IMG/VR virus record: IMGVR_UViG_3300021440_000014
Coordinates: 108,011-172,010 of that record
Strand: one strand, 5' to 3'
DNA: 64,000 bases
Origin: a virus
The position numbers and the translations under genes are program-made. Numbering within the stretch: the first letter of the stretch is position 1; every line of letters starts with the position of its first letter. This document shows, one piece after another, positions 1-11,049 of the stretch. The notes under the pieces are model-generated. The model made no database searches. It was not told the origin of the DNA and saw only the letters and a list, made by a program, of their open reading frames with translations.

Positions 1-473
1 AAGGAATAGAGCAAAAACCATTCCAAGGTAAAATAGAATATGATTATTTATTATGGGTAGACTCAGATAATATCCCTACTTATTCTGCATTAATTTCTCT
101 CCTTAATAGAAATGTTGATATTTGCGCCGGAATCTATAAAATGCAAGATGGAAGGTTCGCCACTGTGAAGGAATGGGATACGTCAAGCCTTATTGAGAAC
201 GGAGAAATGAAATTTTGTCAAGACATAGATCTCAAAGATAAAACAGATTTAATAGAAGTAGCTTATACTGGCATGGGTTTCATGCTTGTCAAGTTTGGAG
301 TATTTGAAAAAATGCGCTATCCTTGGTTTCAGCCGCTAAACCTTGACGTAGGCCGGATTAAGGATTTTGCTACAGAAGATATTTATTTCTGCCAGAAAAT
401 ACAGTCTCTTGGTTTTAAGGTTTTTGTAGATCCCACCGTTAAAATAGGGCATGAAAAATGTTTTGTTATTTAG
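1..473 (+). CDS. GT-A/GT2-like glycosyltransferase, C-terminal part (5' truncated by window)
   Basis: Frame open from window start (DYILWVDSD); motifs AYTGMGFMLV, TEDIYFC, DPTVKIGH. Confidence 0.75.
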   Translation, partial: GIEQKPFQGKIEYDYLLWVDSDNIPTYSALISLLNRNVDICAGIYKMQDGRFATVKEWDTSSLIENGEMKFCQDIDLKDKTDLIEVAYTGMGFMLVKFGVFEKMRYPWFQPLNLDVGRIKDFATEDIYFCQKIQSLGFKVFVDPTVKIGHEKCFVI

Positions 474-724
474 AATACTCTGAATAATTTAAGAAGTATA
501 ATACAAATAGTAATAACGAAAACTATCTCAGCTATCGCACCAGCTATGTTGTTGGCATTTTTATTATTCATAATTTTTTTTTGTTTCAATGTATTAAATC
601 TTCTTTAAAAGAGGGAATAGTTTTAAACAGTTTATTATTTAAATGAAGTCATTATTTTCAAAAATTAAGAATAATTGAATTATAAAATTCCCATATAATA
701 CAATTATCTGTAAATATAAATGCT

Positions 725-1432
725 ATGAGCAGACCTTGGACAAATGAGGATTCAGAAAGTCTAAAAAAACTTTACGGAACAATGCCCCTTAAAGAATTAG
801 CTTCTATTTTAAATAGACATGGAACATATTTATGTATCAAAGCTAAAAAACTTGGCATCCAATCTAGTAAATCAAAACTAACAATGGAACAGCTATTTCT
901 TAAGAAAAGCAATCAAAGAAGATGTTATAAATGTAAACAAATAATGCCTTTCATAAATGAATTTTTTTACGCTTCTAAAAGATGCTGTCGTAAATGTGAA
1001 AGAAAAATAGCAATTATTAATTTTTACAACTTAAAAAATAATCCAACTCTTCCTAAAGTAATGATGTCAAGGTTATATGCAAGTAAGTCTCGGGCAAGAT
1101 CTAAAAAAATAGATTTTAATCTTGACATAAGCTATCTTCTTGTTTTATGGACAAAGCAAGAAGGAAAATGTTTTTATTCAAAACTTCCAATGAAAATAAA
1201 AATAGAATCTCGCTATGAAAACACTGAAGTTCTTTCTATTGATAGAATCGATCCTGACAAAGGATACATTAAAGGCAACATTGTTCTTTGCTGTGATGCA
1301 GTTAATACAATGAAGAATAATATGTCTTTGGATAAATTCAAGACTTTTATAAAAATAATTAACGAAAATTTTCAAGAAATGGCAAATAAGCCTTTAAGCA
1401 CAACTCATTTGCAAAATTCAGATCAAATCTAG
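725..1432 (+). CDS. HNH-like homing endonuclease
   Basis: SIDRIDPDKGYIKGNIVLCC..VN.MK motif; CxxC pairs; antisense to neighbours. Confidence 0.8.
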   Translation: MSRPWTNEDSESLKKLYGTMPLKELASILNRHGTYLCIKAKKLGIQSSKSKLTMEQLFLKKSNQRRCYKCKQIMPFINEFFYASKRCCRKCERKIAIINFYNLKNNPTLPKVMMSRLYASKSRARSKKIDFNLDISYLLVLWTKQEGKCFYSKLPMKIKIESRYENTEVLSIDRIDPDKGYIKGNIVLCCDAVNTMKNNMSLDKFKTFIKIINENFQEMANKPLSTTHLQNSDQI

Positions 1433-2084
1433 TAATAAATGCTTTTTTCTCGTAAGCTTTCTTAAGTTTTATTTCGAATTCGTTTATCATTTTTATTAAA
1501 TCTTCAATCTTAAAATCTTCAGGGGCAAACTTTATTGATCGAAGTAATGAATAAATGCTTCTATCTTTATTTTTAATATTTGTTGGGAAAATTCCATATT
1601 CAAAATAGAACTGCCCCGCCCAAGAAAGCCTTATTAATTGGGTCACGTTTTTGGGAGAAAATTGATATTTGAGTATTTGTTCATGCCTTTTACATCCTGT
1701 TTTACTTTTTCTTTCTCCAAAGGCCAGTCTTTTTTCTCCCTGCATATAACCAAGAAGACATTTAAATAATCTTTCTGAATCTATAAGTTTGTGTCTATTT
1801 AATTGAGTCTCTTTCCAGATTTCACTTATTTCAATCCAATCCTCATTAAAAAGCAATTCAAAACTTTGAGTATTGCCCTGCCTAAGAAGACTTAGGGTAT
1901 GCCTGAATTCAGTATAGAGTTGATCGTCGTCTTTATCTTGCTTTAAGGCATGTTCGTTCTTTCCTAAGCCGATGATATCGTTGATATTATCATTTAGGAA
2001 TACTCCACGGTAGTCTACGTCGCTTTCTGGGCCATCTAGTCCATACATTTTAGATCCTCCAAGACACTTACAGATAATTTTCAT
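1359..2084 (-). CDS. Pol-beta superfamily nucleotidyltransferase (YcgL/RlaP-like)
   Basis: GSKMYGLDGPESDVDYRGVF (GS..YG....SD.D.RG) motif. Confidence 0.8.
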   Translation of the reverse strand: MKIICKCLGGSKMYGLDGPESDVDYRGVFLNDNINDIIGLGKNEHALKQDKDDDQLYTEFRHTLSLLRQGNTQSFELLFNEDWIEISEIWKETQLNRHKLIDSERLFKCLLGYMQGEKRLAFGERKSKTGCKRHEQILKYQFSPKNVTQLIRLSWAGQFYFEYGIFPTNIKNKDRSIYSLLRSIKFAPEDFKIEDLIKMINEFEIKLKKAYEKKAFITRFDLNFANELCLKAYLPFLENFR

Positions 2085-2535
2085 ATTCTAAGCGATTAAG
2101 CTCTTTAATATCTTCTTCAGTAACTTTCATACTTGTATAGTAACAGTTTTTTATTACTTGTCTACTCTTTGTTTTCTAACATTCCGCATGGGGAGCCGTC
2201 GATTTGCGTATATAAATCTAAAAATCTTTGACGACTAATCTCTTTAATGAAAGGGCCATCTGCAATAACAAAACTCGTATAGCCTGCGCTAATCACTTGA
2301 TACAGAGTGGAGCCATTTTTATCTTTTACATATTTCCCAATTGCCTCTTCCGGTAGCCAAGGGCGCAAACTCGGAGGAAGTTTCAAACGGTAAACTTGAT
2401 TAATATAAAAATTCGTTGTTATTTTTTTATACCAAGATTTCCCATTATCATCTGAAGCTTGAATATTTTCGATGCCATTTTCCATTGCATAACGATATAC
2501 CTCAATATTATCTAATTTTTGTTGTTCAGTCAATT

Positions 2536-2853
2536 TCATATTTTAATATTCTTTATTTTTGCCAAAGCAATTACCCGCTGTTGCCATGTGGCGTGAGAAG
2601 TAAGCCAGTCGTCATCTGTTCTGTTGTCAAGATAGTTTAAGTAATCGAGACGTTGGCCCATTGTTAACGTCTCCTCAATCAACCAACAAACGTGAAGAAG
2701 CTCTGTGTCACATACTCTTTTCGGTTGTATGGGATATCCACTTGGCATCCAGTATAAATGATATCCATTAGGAATTACTTTTTCCCTATAGATAAATTTC
2801 GGCAACATTTTCGCCAATGCCCGTTTTAATTGAGTGTCGGTGGGATTAGTCAT
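2536..2853 (-). CDS. hypothetical protein, paralog of 2897-3382
   Basis: Shared QLK.ALAKMLP, EL...CWLIE, A.WQQR.IALAKIKNI. Confidence 0.7.
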   Translation of the reverse strand: MTNPTDTQLKRALAKMLPKFIYREKVIPNGYHLYWMPSGYPIQPKRVCDTELLHVCWLIEETLTMGQRLDYLNYLDNRTDDDWLTSHATWQQRVIALAKIKNIKI

Positions 2854-2896
2854 AATAGATGCTTAATGCATGTTAGAATTGTCCAGATAATGTTTA

Positions 2897-3382
2897 CTAA
2901 AAGAGTTCCTGCGATAAAACCTTTGTTCCGTTCGTTAATATAATATCTATATTTTTAATTTTTGCAAGTGCAATCGTGCGTTGTTGCCAAGAGGCGTTAG
3001 TTAGCGCGAAATGGGTCATATACTTGCCCCCAAACTGACGAATTACATCCTCGTCAAGGGTTCGCACGTAATCTAATCTCTCTTCATCCCCTAAAATGCC
3101 CTCAATTAACCAACAAATGTAGGGAAGCTCACTATTCGTAACTTCTTTAGTATATGGAAATTTTTCTATTTTCCAAGACAAAAAATCAGAAACATCTTTA
3201 TTCCCTCCCCAATAAAGCTTGTCGGGTAACATCTTAGCTAGAGCTTGCTTAAGCTGCCCTTCCATATATGTAATATTTTGGAAATCACAATCTCCAGTTT
3301 GACAACAGCAATTAGAAAATCCTAGTTTTAGCAAACATCCTCCGATGCGTTGGCAAAATTGAGTTTCGGTTGGGGTGGTCAT
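2897..3382 (-). CDS. hypothetical protein, paralog of 2536-2853
   Basis: Same motifs plus a Cys-rich insertion. Confidence 0.7.
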   Translation of the reverse strand: MTTPTETQFCQRIGGCLLKLGFSNCCCQTGDCDFQNITYMEGQLKQALAKMLPDKLYWGGNKDVSDFLSWKIEKFPYTKEVTNSELPYICWLIEGILGDEERLDYVRTLDEDVIRQFGGKYMTHFALTNASWQQRTIALAKIKNIDIILTNGTKVLSQELF

Positions 3383-5401
3383 AAATTATTCTTGATCTTG
3401 CCACGTTCCGAATGAATAAAGGCTCTGGCAAATCTGATTATGGTTAAAAATTTGTTTCTTGTTTTCGCCGGTTTTAGCAATTATCTTCCCGCGCTCTTTC
3501 GTTTCTTCATTCCATTCCCAAACTATCGTCTCATTGTAAATGACCGGCGGAATAATTGCGGCGGATGATTCTCTTTCTATCGTAGAAACAAGGAACCATT
3601 TATCCTTGTATCGAACATAACTTTTGATTTGAGTTTCGTTATTCATATCTCCACCCCATGTGTGGTCATAGTTCTATCTTGTTTGTTGCGCGGAGTTTTT
3701 CTAGTGCTTTATCTAATTCAGTTTTCTCTTGCTCACTTGGTCTTACCCAAGTTGCCGCCCTCGCAACTTCTATTAATTCAACGAGAGGGATTGCTTCCAG
3801 AATATAGTGGTTAATTGAAGTTGTCGCACCTTCATCGTGACTCCACTCTATTGCAGCTTTTTCTGCAAGCTCTTCTGCAATTTGTTGGGAGGATTTCATA
3901 GTTTTTTTATTTCGATTTCAGCTTCACTATTAGAAGTTTTATATCCATCTAGCTTATGATTTGATATACTATTTTTCTTGGCTCTATAGTCGTCAATGCA
4001 CCATTTATCACTATCCGTTAGCCAATGGTTATCTCGAATTAGAAGAACACCGCATCGACAACACTCAGCTATATCAAAGTGTCCGAGTTTTTCAATATTA
4101 ATAGGCTTATGAAGCCCAAGCCAGCATAAAATTTTCATATTTCTTTAAAATTGTCTCGGGCGGTGAGGATTTTCTTACACATTAACTTGGCTCCATGTGG
4201 ATGCTGTAAAGAAAAATCGCTATGGATAGACTGCACATCCACCATTTCCCCCGCTCTTGTCATTCCCGCTTTGAAGGCGTCAAGTTGGATTGCTTTGATG
4301 TCACTAATAATTCCTTGTTTTGGAAATCCATCAAAGTGTTGATTTGCCCATTCTTCTGCTGTTTTCATGGCTTGATAAAGATAAAATTTTTTTCACCGTT
4401 TGTTGGATTGACTGTCCACTTGGCTACGCCTGCGGAGACACACTCTGCGCGATGGATTTTGATACCGCCCGTGCAGCCTCCAATTATTCCTATAACTAAT
4501 CCAATAATAAAAAATTCTACACTATTACTTATAGACAAAAGATTCACAACCCCTCTCCCTCTATAAATTCAATTTCTATTTCTTTGCGGGCTAGAATGTC
4601 ATTTTCCCCCTGAATTTGAGGCGTCATGGTTCCAATTACTGTATTCTCATAGATATTCACCCAATACTTAATTTTTCGCTTAACAGGAATATTTACAAGA
4701 TCAAACGGATCTTCGCCATGTTTATTTCTAAGTCCAGTTTCGGGCCATACACTAGCTAAACTCCAACCGCCCCAACTATTCTTAAAGGCGTAGGTAAGAA
4801 TCCCATTATCTACTCCAAGTATTTTGACATTTTCATTTCCGCTACGGGTTTTAACTGGTTTAGTATAGTCAAATTTCATATTAAAATCATTTTATGTTAT
4901 TTTTTCAGAAAATCAAGTCTTAAAGTGCTAATTTCTTTTAGCGGGAGGAATTGAGTTATAGAGATCAATAGCTTTACAAGTCCCACAAAGAGGATCTTTT
5001 CCCGGCCCATGACAGCATTCTCCGTGTTTCGCGAGTGTGGCGCAAGCTTTTCTTAGTTTATCATTTTCAATCTCTAGGTCAATTAGTTTATTAATATAAA
5101 TTGTATTGTCGAATTCCGAATCCGGTTTACATACATAAACCAAATAAGGATCTGGTTTGTCTGAGGTTTTCATTGTCCCTACAGTTAAACCTTTAGACTC
5201 AAGAAATGTTAATTGTTTTTGAGCTTTTTGCAATTTATCTCGATAATGGTCGCGCTCTGCCTGCATTTGAACAACAATCTCTTTTTGATTGTTTCTCTCT
5301 TGCTCTATTTTGTGGGCGAAGTCTCTAGCTTCCTCAAGTGTTTCCCATTGCGCACAGGCTGCGTCTGATTCTGACGTATTTGAGTTCATAAATTAAAAAG
5401 T

Positions 5402-5519
5402 TGAGCACGGCAGGATTTTAACCTGCAAATCCCTTGTACAAGGAATATTTATTGGGTTTCTCAGTTGTATCTAATAGGGCAAATCCCTCCCTTGCTTTTT
5501 ACATTCCGCCACGCGCTCA
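5402..5519 (-). ncRNA. tRNA-Leu-like shell RNA with expanded central arm
   Basis: Acceptor GAGCGCG/CGTGCTC, TGGCGGAA 5' motif, T-arm GCAGG-TTAAAAT-CCTGC. Confidence 0.6.
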
Positions 5520-5524
5520 TAAAT

Positions 5525-5673
5525 TGGTGCCCCGCTAGGAATCGAACCTAGTTTCTTCGCAATACTACTTTACCGCATAGGACGTTACTAAAGCCACGTT
5601 CGCTTGTTCTCGTTCCCTGTAGCGTTTCGCCTTGGCTACAGCAAGAATCTCACTTGCAGACCAATCTCGGGGC
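5525..5673 (-). ncRNA. tRNA-like RNA (acceptor, T-arm, ACCA) with multi-hairpin insert
   Basis: GCCCCG/CGGGGC-ACCA, CTAGG-TTCGATT-CCTAG; several internal hairpins. Confidence 0.6.
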
Positions 5674-5686
5674 TAAATTAAAGTTT

Positions 5687-5829
5687 TGGATACGGCAAGA
5701 TTTGATACTTGTAATTTATCTTGATAGGACTCGAACCTACAGTCCTTTTTCAATAGGAAGTCCTGTTTATACAGGTAGAGCGTCCCTACCACTCACAGCA
5801 AGATTGCGTCTACTTCCGCCACGTATCCA
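5687..5829 (-). ncRNA. tRNA-Leu-like shell RNA containing a nested second cloverleaf
   Basis: Outer GGATACG/CGTATCC and TGGCGGAAGTAGACGC; inner ATCTTG/CAAGAT with D, middle, variable and GTAGG-TTCGAGT-CCTAT arms. Confidence 0.65.
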
Positions 5830-5840
5830 TTAAAAGTGAA

Positions 5841-5923
5841 TTGACTGTAGTTGTCATTGAGTTCTTACATCCAGCATTATACTGGGCCACGCTCATATGT
5901 TTACATATTGCAACTACAGTCAA
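5841..5923. ncRNA. stem-closed small structured RNA candidate
   Basis: 13-bp perfect terminal stem ttgactgtagttg/caactacagtcaa with two internal hairpins. Confidence 0.4.
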
Positions 5924-7652
5924 ATTGAATTCCCCGCCGTGAGAGTCTGTCTTTCTTCGGTTTTAATGTGACAGTAACCGCTTCTATTGCTCTCTCACAC
6001 TTCTCTATCTTTAGACTCGTCTAAGTAGATTCTGCCAGCACAGGCACGGGGAAATATCAAAAATCAATCAAATTCATCGTAAGCATTATCACGGCTATAA
6101 ACCGAAAAAGTCACCGTAGGACCAATTCCGAAAGACTCTTCAAGACTACTAAAAACAATCGTATCGTCGGCAACTTGAGTAGCCTGAATTTGAGAGCGAG
6201 CCTGATCGGGATTGACTACGCTGAAGATAATAATACCTCCTTTCGGAATACGCAAGTCTTTAACTTTGCTAACGCCATTAAAAATTAAAACCCTACCAAC
6301 AAGTTTTGGCGCGAAATCAGAAGTAGCCGCCTGAGCCTGCCTGTTTTGGAAATGTGCGATACGTCTATCCGCGCCATTCAATTGATTTACTAGGAAAAAG
6401 GAGCCAACAATGGCAATAGCCGAAGAAATAAGAGCCAAGTTAAGAGTATTTTTATTGTTCATTTTTAATTATATTTTCGTTAATTTTTATTGATTGAGGC
6501 ATTTCTTCTGGATTAGTAGGAGTTTTTCCCGTATCCAAGAACTGCTTCAATATCTCATTTATAACAGCTATTTGCTTTTTGTCAAGACACATTCTGAAAG
6601 CGGGCTTCCCCTGCATATCAATATTCACGCCAAGCCAGAGAACTTCCGTCTCTTGAACTTTATCGGCCTGAAAAGAGCACTCGGCATTATTAATGTCCCA
6701 GAAAACTCCTATTTTGGCACCATTATGATCTATAAATTGGATTTTCATTTTATTTTAGTTAATGATACTTTAACATTATCTATGGAAGCTTTTGCTGCGA
6801 ACCACGGTGGACATCTATTAGAGTTAATAAAATCAAATACAATTGACTGAATAAAATGATTTTTGTATTTATGCAGTTTTAGCTCTGAAAATGTAATACA
6901 TAAATCATAATTCTCTACAGCTTCTACGCTCCATTTTTCTTCGTAAGAAAATTTAGAATCACTTACTTTGAATAAGAACTTCTCTTTCATATTAGCAGTC
7001 TATCCATCTTTTTTTATCGGAATCCTTCATCTGAACTTTAGCTTTTAAAAAATCTGCCTCAAGCGAAAATTCATCAAAATCGTCAGACATTGAATTATAT
7101 GCTTCCTGCGCTTCCTTTACGGTTTCCGCTTGAATTTCCATTACGGAAGTAAATACTATTCTAAATTTTCTTATACTAACTTAATAAATTAAATATGACG
7201 GATTTTCCTTCCTGCATTTTAAAATTTCTAAAGGAGTTACTTCTCTTTCCGCGTAAAAATAGTTAGCTAAAAAGGTTCCTAAAACCACTTTCCTACTTTT
7301 ATGAAAAGTAAAAACGAATCCGCGCTTACGTTTCCAAAAATTATTAACAAATCCAGTTAAATTTTCCAAACCCATTTGACAAACCGCATCTTGATCCCAA
7401 AGCATTAATACCTCTTTTACTGGAGTAAGGCTTCTGCATTTTCCTTTCAAAATTACTTTTTTGGGGTTCTCGTCATAAAATGAAATAGCGTCTTTTAATT
7501 CTCTAAAGACAAATACTTTTGAATTTTCAAATTTGGGATAATTCTTTTTAAACAAAAAATAATTTTGCTTACATTCCTTTGGAATGTCTCCAGCACTAAT
7601 AAAATTATTATTATTTTTGGCCACCACTTTATAAACAGTATATCTCATATAT

Positions 7653-7928
7653 TTAAATATCTAATTTTTCGCAAAGAGCTTTTACTTCTTCAAAAGTTCT
7701 GTTTTCATCATCGTTCCACGATGCTATTTTGTCTCCAATGTAACTCTTAACTTTAATAATAACCCTCCTCCTACTGTCCTCATCGCTATAACATTTATTT
7801 ATGGCTCCAAAAAGGCACCAGCAAGAAGCATTATTGTCGTTTATAGATACCCATTTACCGTTCTTATCTCTTGCTGAAGTTTTTTGCGTCCACTTTTCTT
7901 TTGTTGAGAAAAACTCTTTGATTTTCAT
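7653..7928 (-). CDS. DUF6197-like phage protein
   Basis: WTQ...ARD..G, CWCL.GAI, I..WND...RT..EV motifs. Confidence 0.6.
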   Translation of the reverse strand: MKIKEFFSTKEKWTQKTSARDKNGKWVSINDNNASCWCLFGAINKCYSDEDSRRRVIIKVKSYIGDKIASWNDDENRTFEEVKALCEKLDI

Positions 7929-8194
7929 ATTTAGAAGATAAAGTATTTTTACTAAATGTCAAGGGTTTAAAAACCACAAAGCTTTTTTAAGCGGCTCCGT
8001 AACGCATTTAATTCCTTCTTTTCTTCCCTGTCCATAAACGTCTACAACGATTCTCGTTAGAATACTACATAGCCAAGGATAATGCTTCTCTGGGTAATCT
8101 TTTACAGTAAAAGAATGTCTTACTCCATCCACTTCCAGAACAATTCTTGGAAAATTTTCATCACTTTTGTCTATTTCTGCACATTTTATATTCA

Positions 8195-8237
8195 TAAAAA
8201 AGATGACCCTAGCCGCTAACACGCGAATCTAGGGTCT
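8195..8237 (-). terminator. intrinsic terminator
   Basis: GACCCTAG/CTAGGGTC stem followed by ATCTTTTT. Confidence 0.6.
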
Positions 8238-8239
8238 TG

Positions 8240-8512
8240 TTTAATACAGGCTTTTAGCTTTATCGAACTAAGCCCAATCGTCTCTTAATCTAATCCCAAC
8301 GTTTTACCGCTAAACTAGCGGGGCTAAAAATTGATATGGTGCCCCGCGCCGGATTTGAACCAGCGTATTTGGTTTAATTAACGACTCTCTTATTTCGACT
8401 TCTGTATTGGGTTTTTCAGCTTAGGGTAATAACTTGACATTCAATTTTAACTTGACTGCCTTAGAAACAGTTTTTAACCTTAACCTGAGTGGCGGTTTCC
8501 CGCCTACCCTAA
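8240..8512 (-). ncRNA. ~270-nt structured RNA containing a circularly permuted tRNA (8296-8372)
   Basis: T-arm GCTGG-TTCAAAT-CCGGC, GCGGGGC-ACCA, linker, GCCCCGC, D-arm GTTT-AGCGGTA-AAAC; flanking stems TAGGGTA/TACCCTA and AATACAG/CTGTATT. Confidence 0.7.
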
Positions 8513-8513
8513 A

Positions 8514-9272
8514 TTACTTGCCAAAAACGTAACCAATAAGAGATTCTCCAATCTTGCGATCCTTATCAGTTTCCACTTCATTGGCGCGACTACGAGCCTT
8601 ACGAACTGCTCGGCCCAAAATTTCAATCCGGTTAAGAATATCAGACTTTTGCGCTGGAGTCAACAATCCGCTCCATTCCTGTTCTTCAATTTCGCCAATT
8701 TCAACGTCCTTATCGACTAATTGAGTTTGCGCAGGATGCTCTACCGTAGGAGGATGAAGAACAATAACGACCTTCTCCTTCTTCGTGCGCTTCTTCTTAA
8801 CTGAACGCGCAACGAAATACCCCTTGCCGCGAGCTTCATCAGGTCGGAATCCCTTTGCCGGATCAAGGGTAGGTGCCGCAGCAACGAGCGTTGCAAGTTC
8901 CGTAACGCGCTTTTCAAGTTCGAGAAGAGTTGTAGCGGGAACACCTGTTACCAACGTAACTCCATCTTCCGTAACAATATCGGCCCGCGCAATTGTATTG
9001 GCTTCGGCGATTTGATAGGAGGAGTCAATTGCCTTGATAAGGAAGGGTTTGATTGCCTGAAGTTCCTTCTCTACCGTAGTCTGAATATCTGATTGACTTT
9101 CAGTGACAGAAGATCCTTCTCCTGAAGGAGTAAATGTAACTCGCTTTTCCTCAAAAAGATGTCGCTTGCTCTCGAATGATTTCGTCAGATCAGCGCGAAC
9201 TTTTGAAGCCTGCGTCTCAAGCCCGCCATTAACCGCGAGCAATTCATGTAGTTTTGTCTTGTTATTTGCCAT
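8514..9272 (-). CDS. conserved coiled-coil protein of unknown function
   Basis: 252-aa ORF; KLHELLAV, VPAT.LL.LEK, PTLDP, T.EHPAQ, EWSG, A...AN motifs typical of a recurring bacterial/phage family. Confidence 0.7.
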   Translation of the reverse strand: MANNKTKLHELLAVNGGLETQASKVRADLTKSFESKRHLFEEKRVTFTPSGEGSSVTESQSDIQTTVEKELQAIKPFLIKAIDSSYQIAEANTIARADIVTEDGVTLVTGVPATTLLELEKRVTELATLVAAAPTLDPAKGFRPDEARGKGYFVARSVKKKRTKKEKVVIVLHPPTVEHPAQTQLVDKDVEIGEIEEQEWSGLLTPAQKSDILNRIEILGRAVRKARSRANEVETDKDRKIGESLIGYVFGK

Positions 9273-9317
9273 ATTATTTATATATTACTTGTTTTTTAAA
9301 AATGGTCAATACAAAAT

Positions 9318-9343
9318 AAAAACCCCGGTTTTAAGCCGGGGTA
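9318..9343. terminator. intrinsic terminator after TAXI gene
   Basis: accccgg/ccggggt stem, U-tract on - strand. Confidence 0.6.
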
Positions 9344-9360
9344 TGATAAACTATTATTCT

Positions 9361-10287
9361 TTACTTAGCTGGAGTCTCGTTAAGCTCCAAGTATGGCCAC
9401 CTGCCCTTTTCCTCTTCGCTAACTTCGCTCCACTTTTTATGATTACCGGGAGTTTCCTTAATCTCGTCAAGCTTTGAGAAAAATTGCTTTCGGAAAGAGG
9501 ATAGCTGATCTACAATTTTCTTAGTCTTATAAGTCTTACTAACGAGTAGACATTGCGCGGAAACCGTGCTTACAGAGTTTGGACTCATTTTATTGTAAGT
9601 AATCGAAGTGGGTTTGTAAACCTGCTTCAAACGATCTACTACTCCGCTAGGGAAACTAAGCAGCTTATAGTCGCGACCAAGCTCTTCAAGATTAGGCAGT
9701 GGCGCGGCACCGACAAATACGGCAGCATCAATAACCCCGCTATTAAGCGCATTCATTACATCTGCACCCTTCTCAAATTGTGTCACGTCATAGCCAATTT
9801 GAGATTGAAGCCTAATAACCTGTGCTGTTACATAGCTTCCTCCTGCTGCACCGACCTTCATTCCTTGAAGAGAAGAAACGTCATTGATAACAATAGGCTT
9901 CGCGCCGAAACCACCAAATCCACCAACAGCCCTCTTTGAAGTGCTCAAAGCTAGAAAATGAACATCTTCGCTAAAAAGAGCCAAGAGAGTCTTAAATCGG
10001 CTAAGATCCTCTGTCTGACCTCGAAAGTAGATCACATCAGAATGCATGAAAGCTGCATAAACTCGATTATTTACCAAAAGATCCAAATTTTCAATAGCTC
10101 CGTGACTTGGAACTTCCTTGAATACAATTCCAGAATCCGTAGTGACTGCTGAAATCTGCTTCAAGAACTGCTGATAAGTTCCAGAGGAAGACCCTGCCGC
10201 TACAAGAAACTCAGTCTGAGCGTGTGTATTTGCGCCGATAAACAGCAATGTGATAAGTGCGATTATGTTTTTCATTTTGTTTTTCAT
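9361..10287 (-). CDS. TAXI-family TRAP solute-binding protein
   Basis: Signal peptide; AAGSSSGTY, S.GA.ENL, L..L..E.VH motifs. Confidence 0.8.
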   Translation of the reverse strand: MKNKMKNIIALITLLFIGANTHAQTEFLVAAGSSSGTYQQFLKQISAVTTDSGIVFKEVPSHGAIENLDLLVNNRVYAAFMHSDVIYFRGQTEDLSRFKTLLALFSEDVHFLALSTSKRAVGGFGGFGAKPIVINDVSSLQGMKVGAAGGSYVTAQVIRLQSQIGYDVTQFEKGADVMNALNSGVIDAAVFVGAAPLPNLEELGRDYKLLSFPSGVVDRLKQVYKPTSITYNKMSPNSVSTVSAQCLLVSKTYKTKKIVDQLSSFRKQFFSKLDEIKETPGNHKKWSEVSEEEKGRWPYLELNETPAK

Positions 10288-10503
10288 AGATTATTGAATT
10301 TTAATGTTAAATTGGCTATTGTCTTGATATTGTTGAGTAGGCTGCTCTTGATCTCTGTTCATTATCAAAAACAAGATACCAAGAATTAGAATCAAAATTA
10401 ATGTAGCGATTACTCTAAATTTCATAGTCTCAGTATCGTGTATTTTTTAAAAAAGTCAAGAGGGCAAAATAAATTACTTGCCCCCTTTTGTTTTTTTTCA
10501 ATT

Positions 10504-11049
10504 TTAGAACGAAAGACCAATACCGACGTTATAGGTTAGCGGGCGATGACCTCTATCTCCAGTATAAATACTATAATTCAATCCAGCATAAATAAATGCA
10601 TTGTCAGAAGTATAAAACTGCAAGGAAGCCTCTGGTCCCGTTCGGAATAGCGGCGAAGAATGCAAGTCATACGAAATTCCGGCACTCCAACCAGTATTCA
10701 AATACAACTCCTTAAACAAATGAGTATTCCAGTCAGCGAACAAGTCTGTGGCACCCGAGAAACTCGGCTCCCAATAGACTCCTTGAGAGAGTCCAACCCA
10801 AACTTCCGGCCTAGACTCAAATGGATTACTAGACAAGGAAACATCCAGCCCTACGTTGTTTTTCCCGTTAATGTAACTTCCGCCGCCACCGAGAGTCAAT
10901 TCGTATCCCCCAAATTCCTTGGCACCAGAAGAATTCGTAGAAACGCATGTCGCACTAACAGTAGCATTAGTGTTCGTTGACGCAGACGCATTCAAATTAG
11001 CGAATGCAATCGCAACAGTGATGATTAATGTATTAATTGTATTTTTCAT
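10504..11049 (-). CDS. putative outer-membrane beta-barrel protein
   Basis: Signal peptide, amphipathic strands, C-terminal YNVGIGLSF. Confidence 0.6.
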   Translation of the reverse strand: MKNTINTLIITVAIAFANLNASASTNTNATVSATCVSTNSSGAKEFGGYELTLGGGGSYINGKNNVGLDVSLSSNPFESRPEVWVGLSQGVYWEPSFSGATDLFADWNTHLFKELYLNTGWSAGISYDLHSSPLFRTGPEASLQFYTSDNAFIYAGLNYSIYTGDRGHRPLTYNVGIGLSF

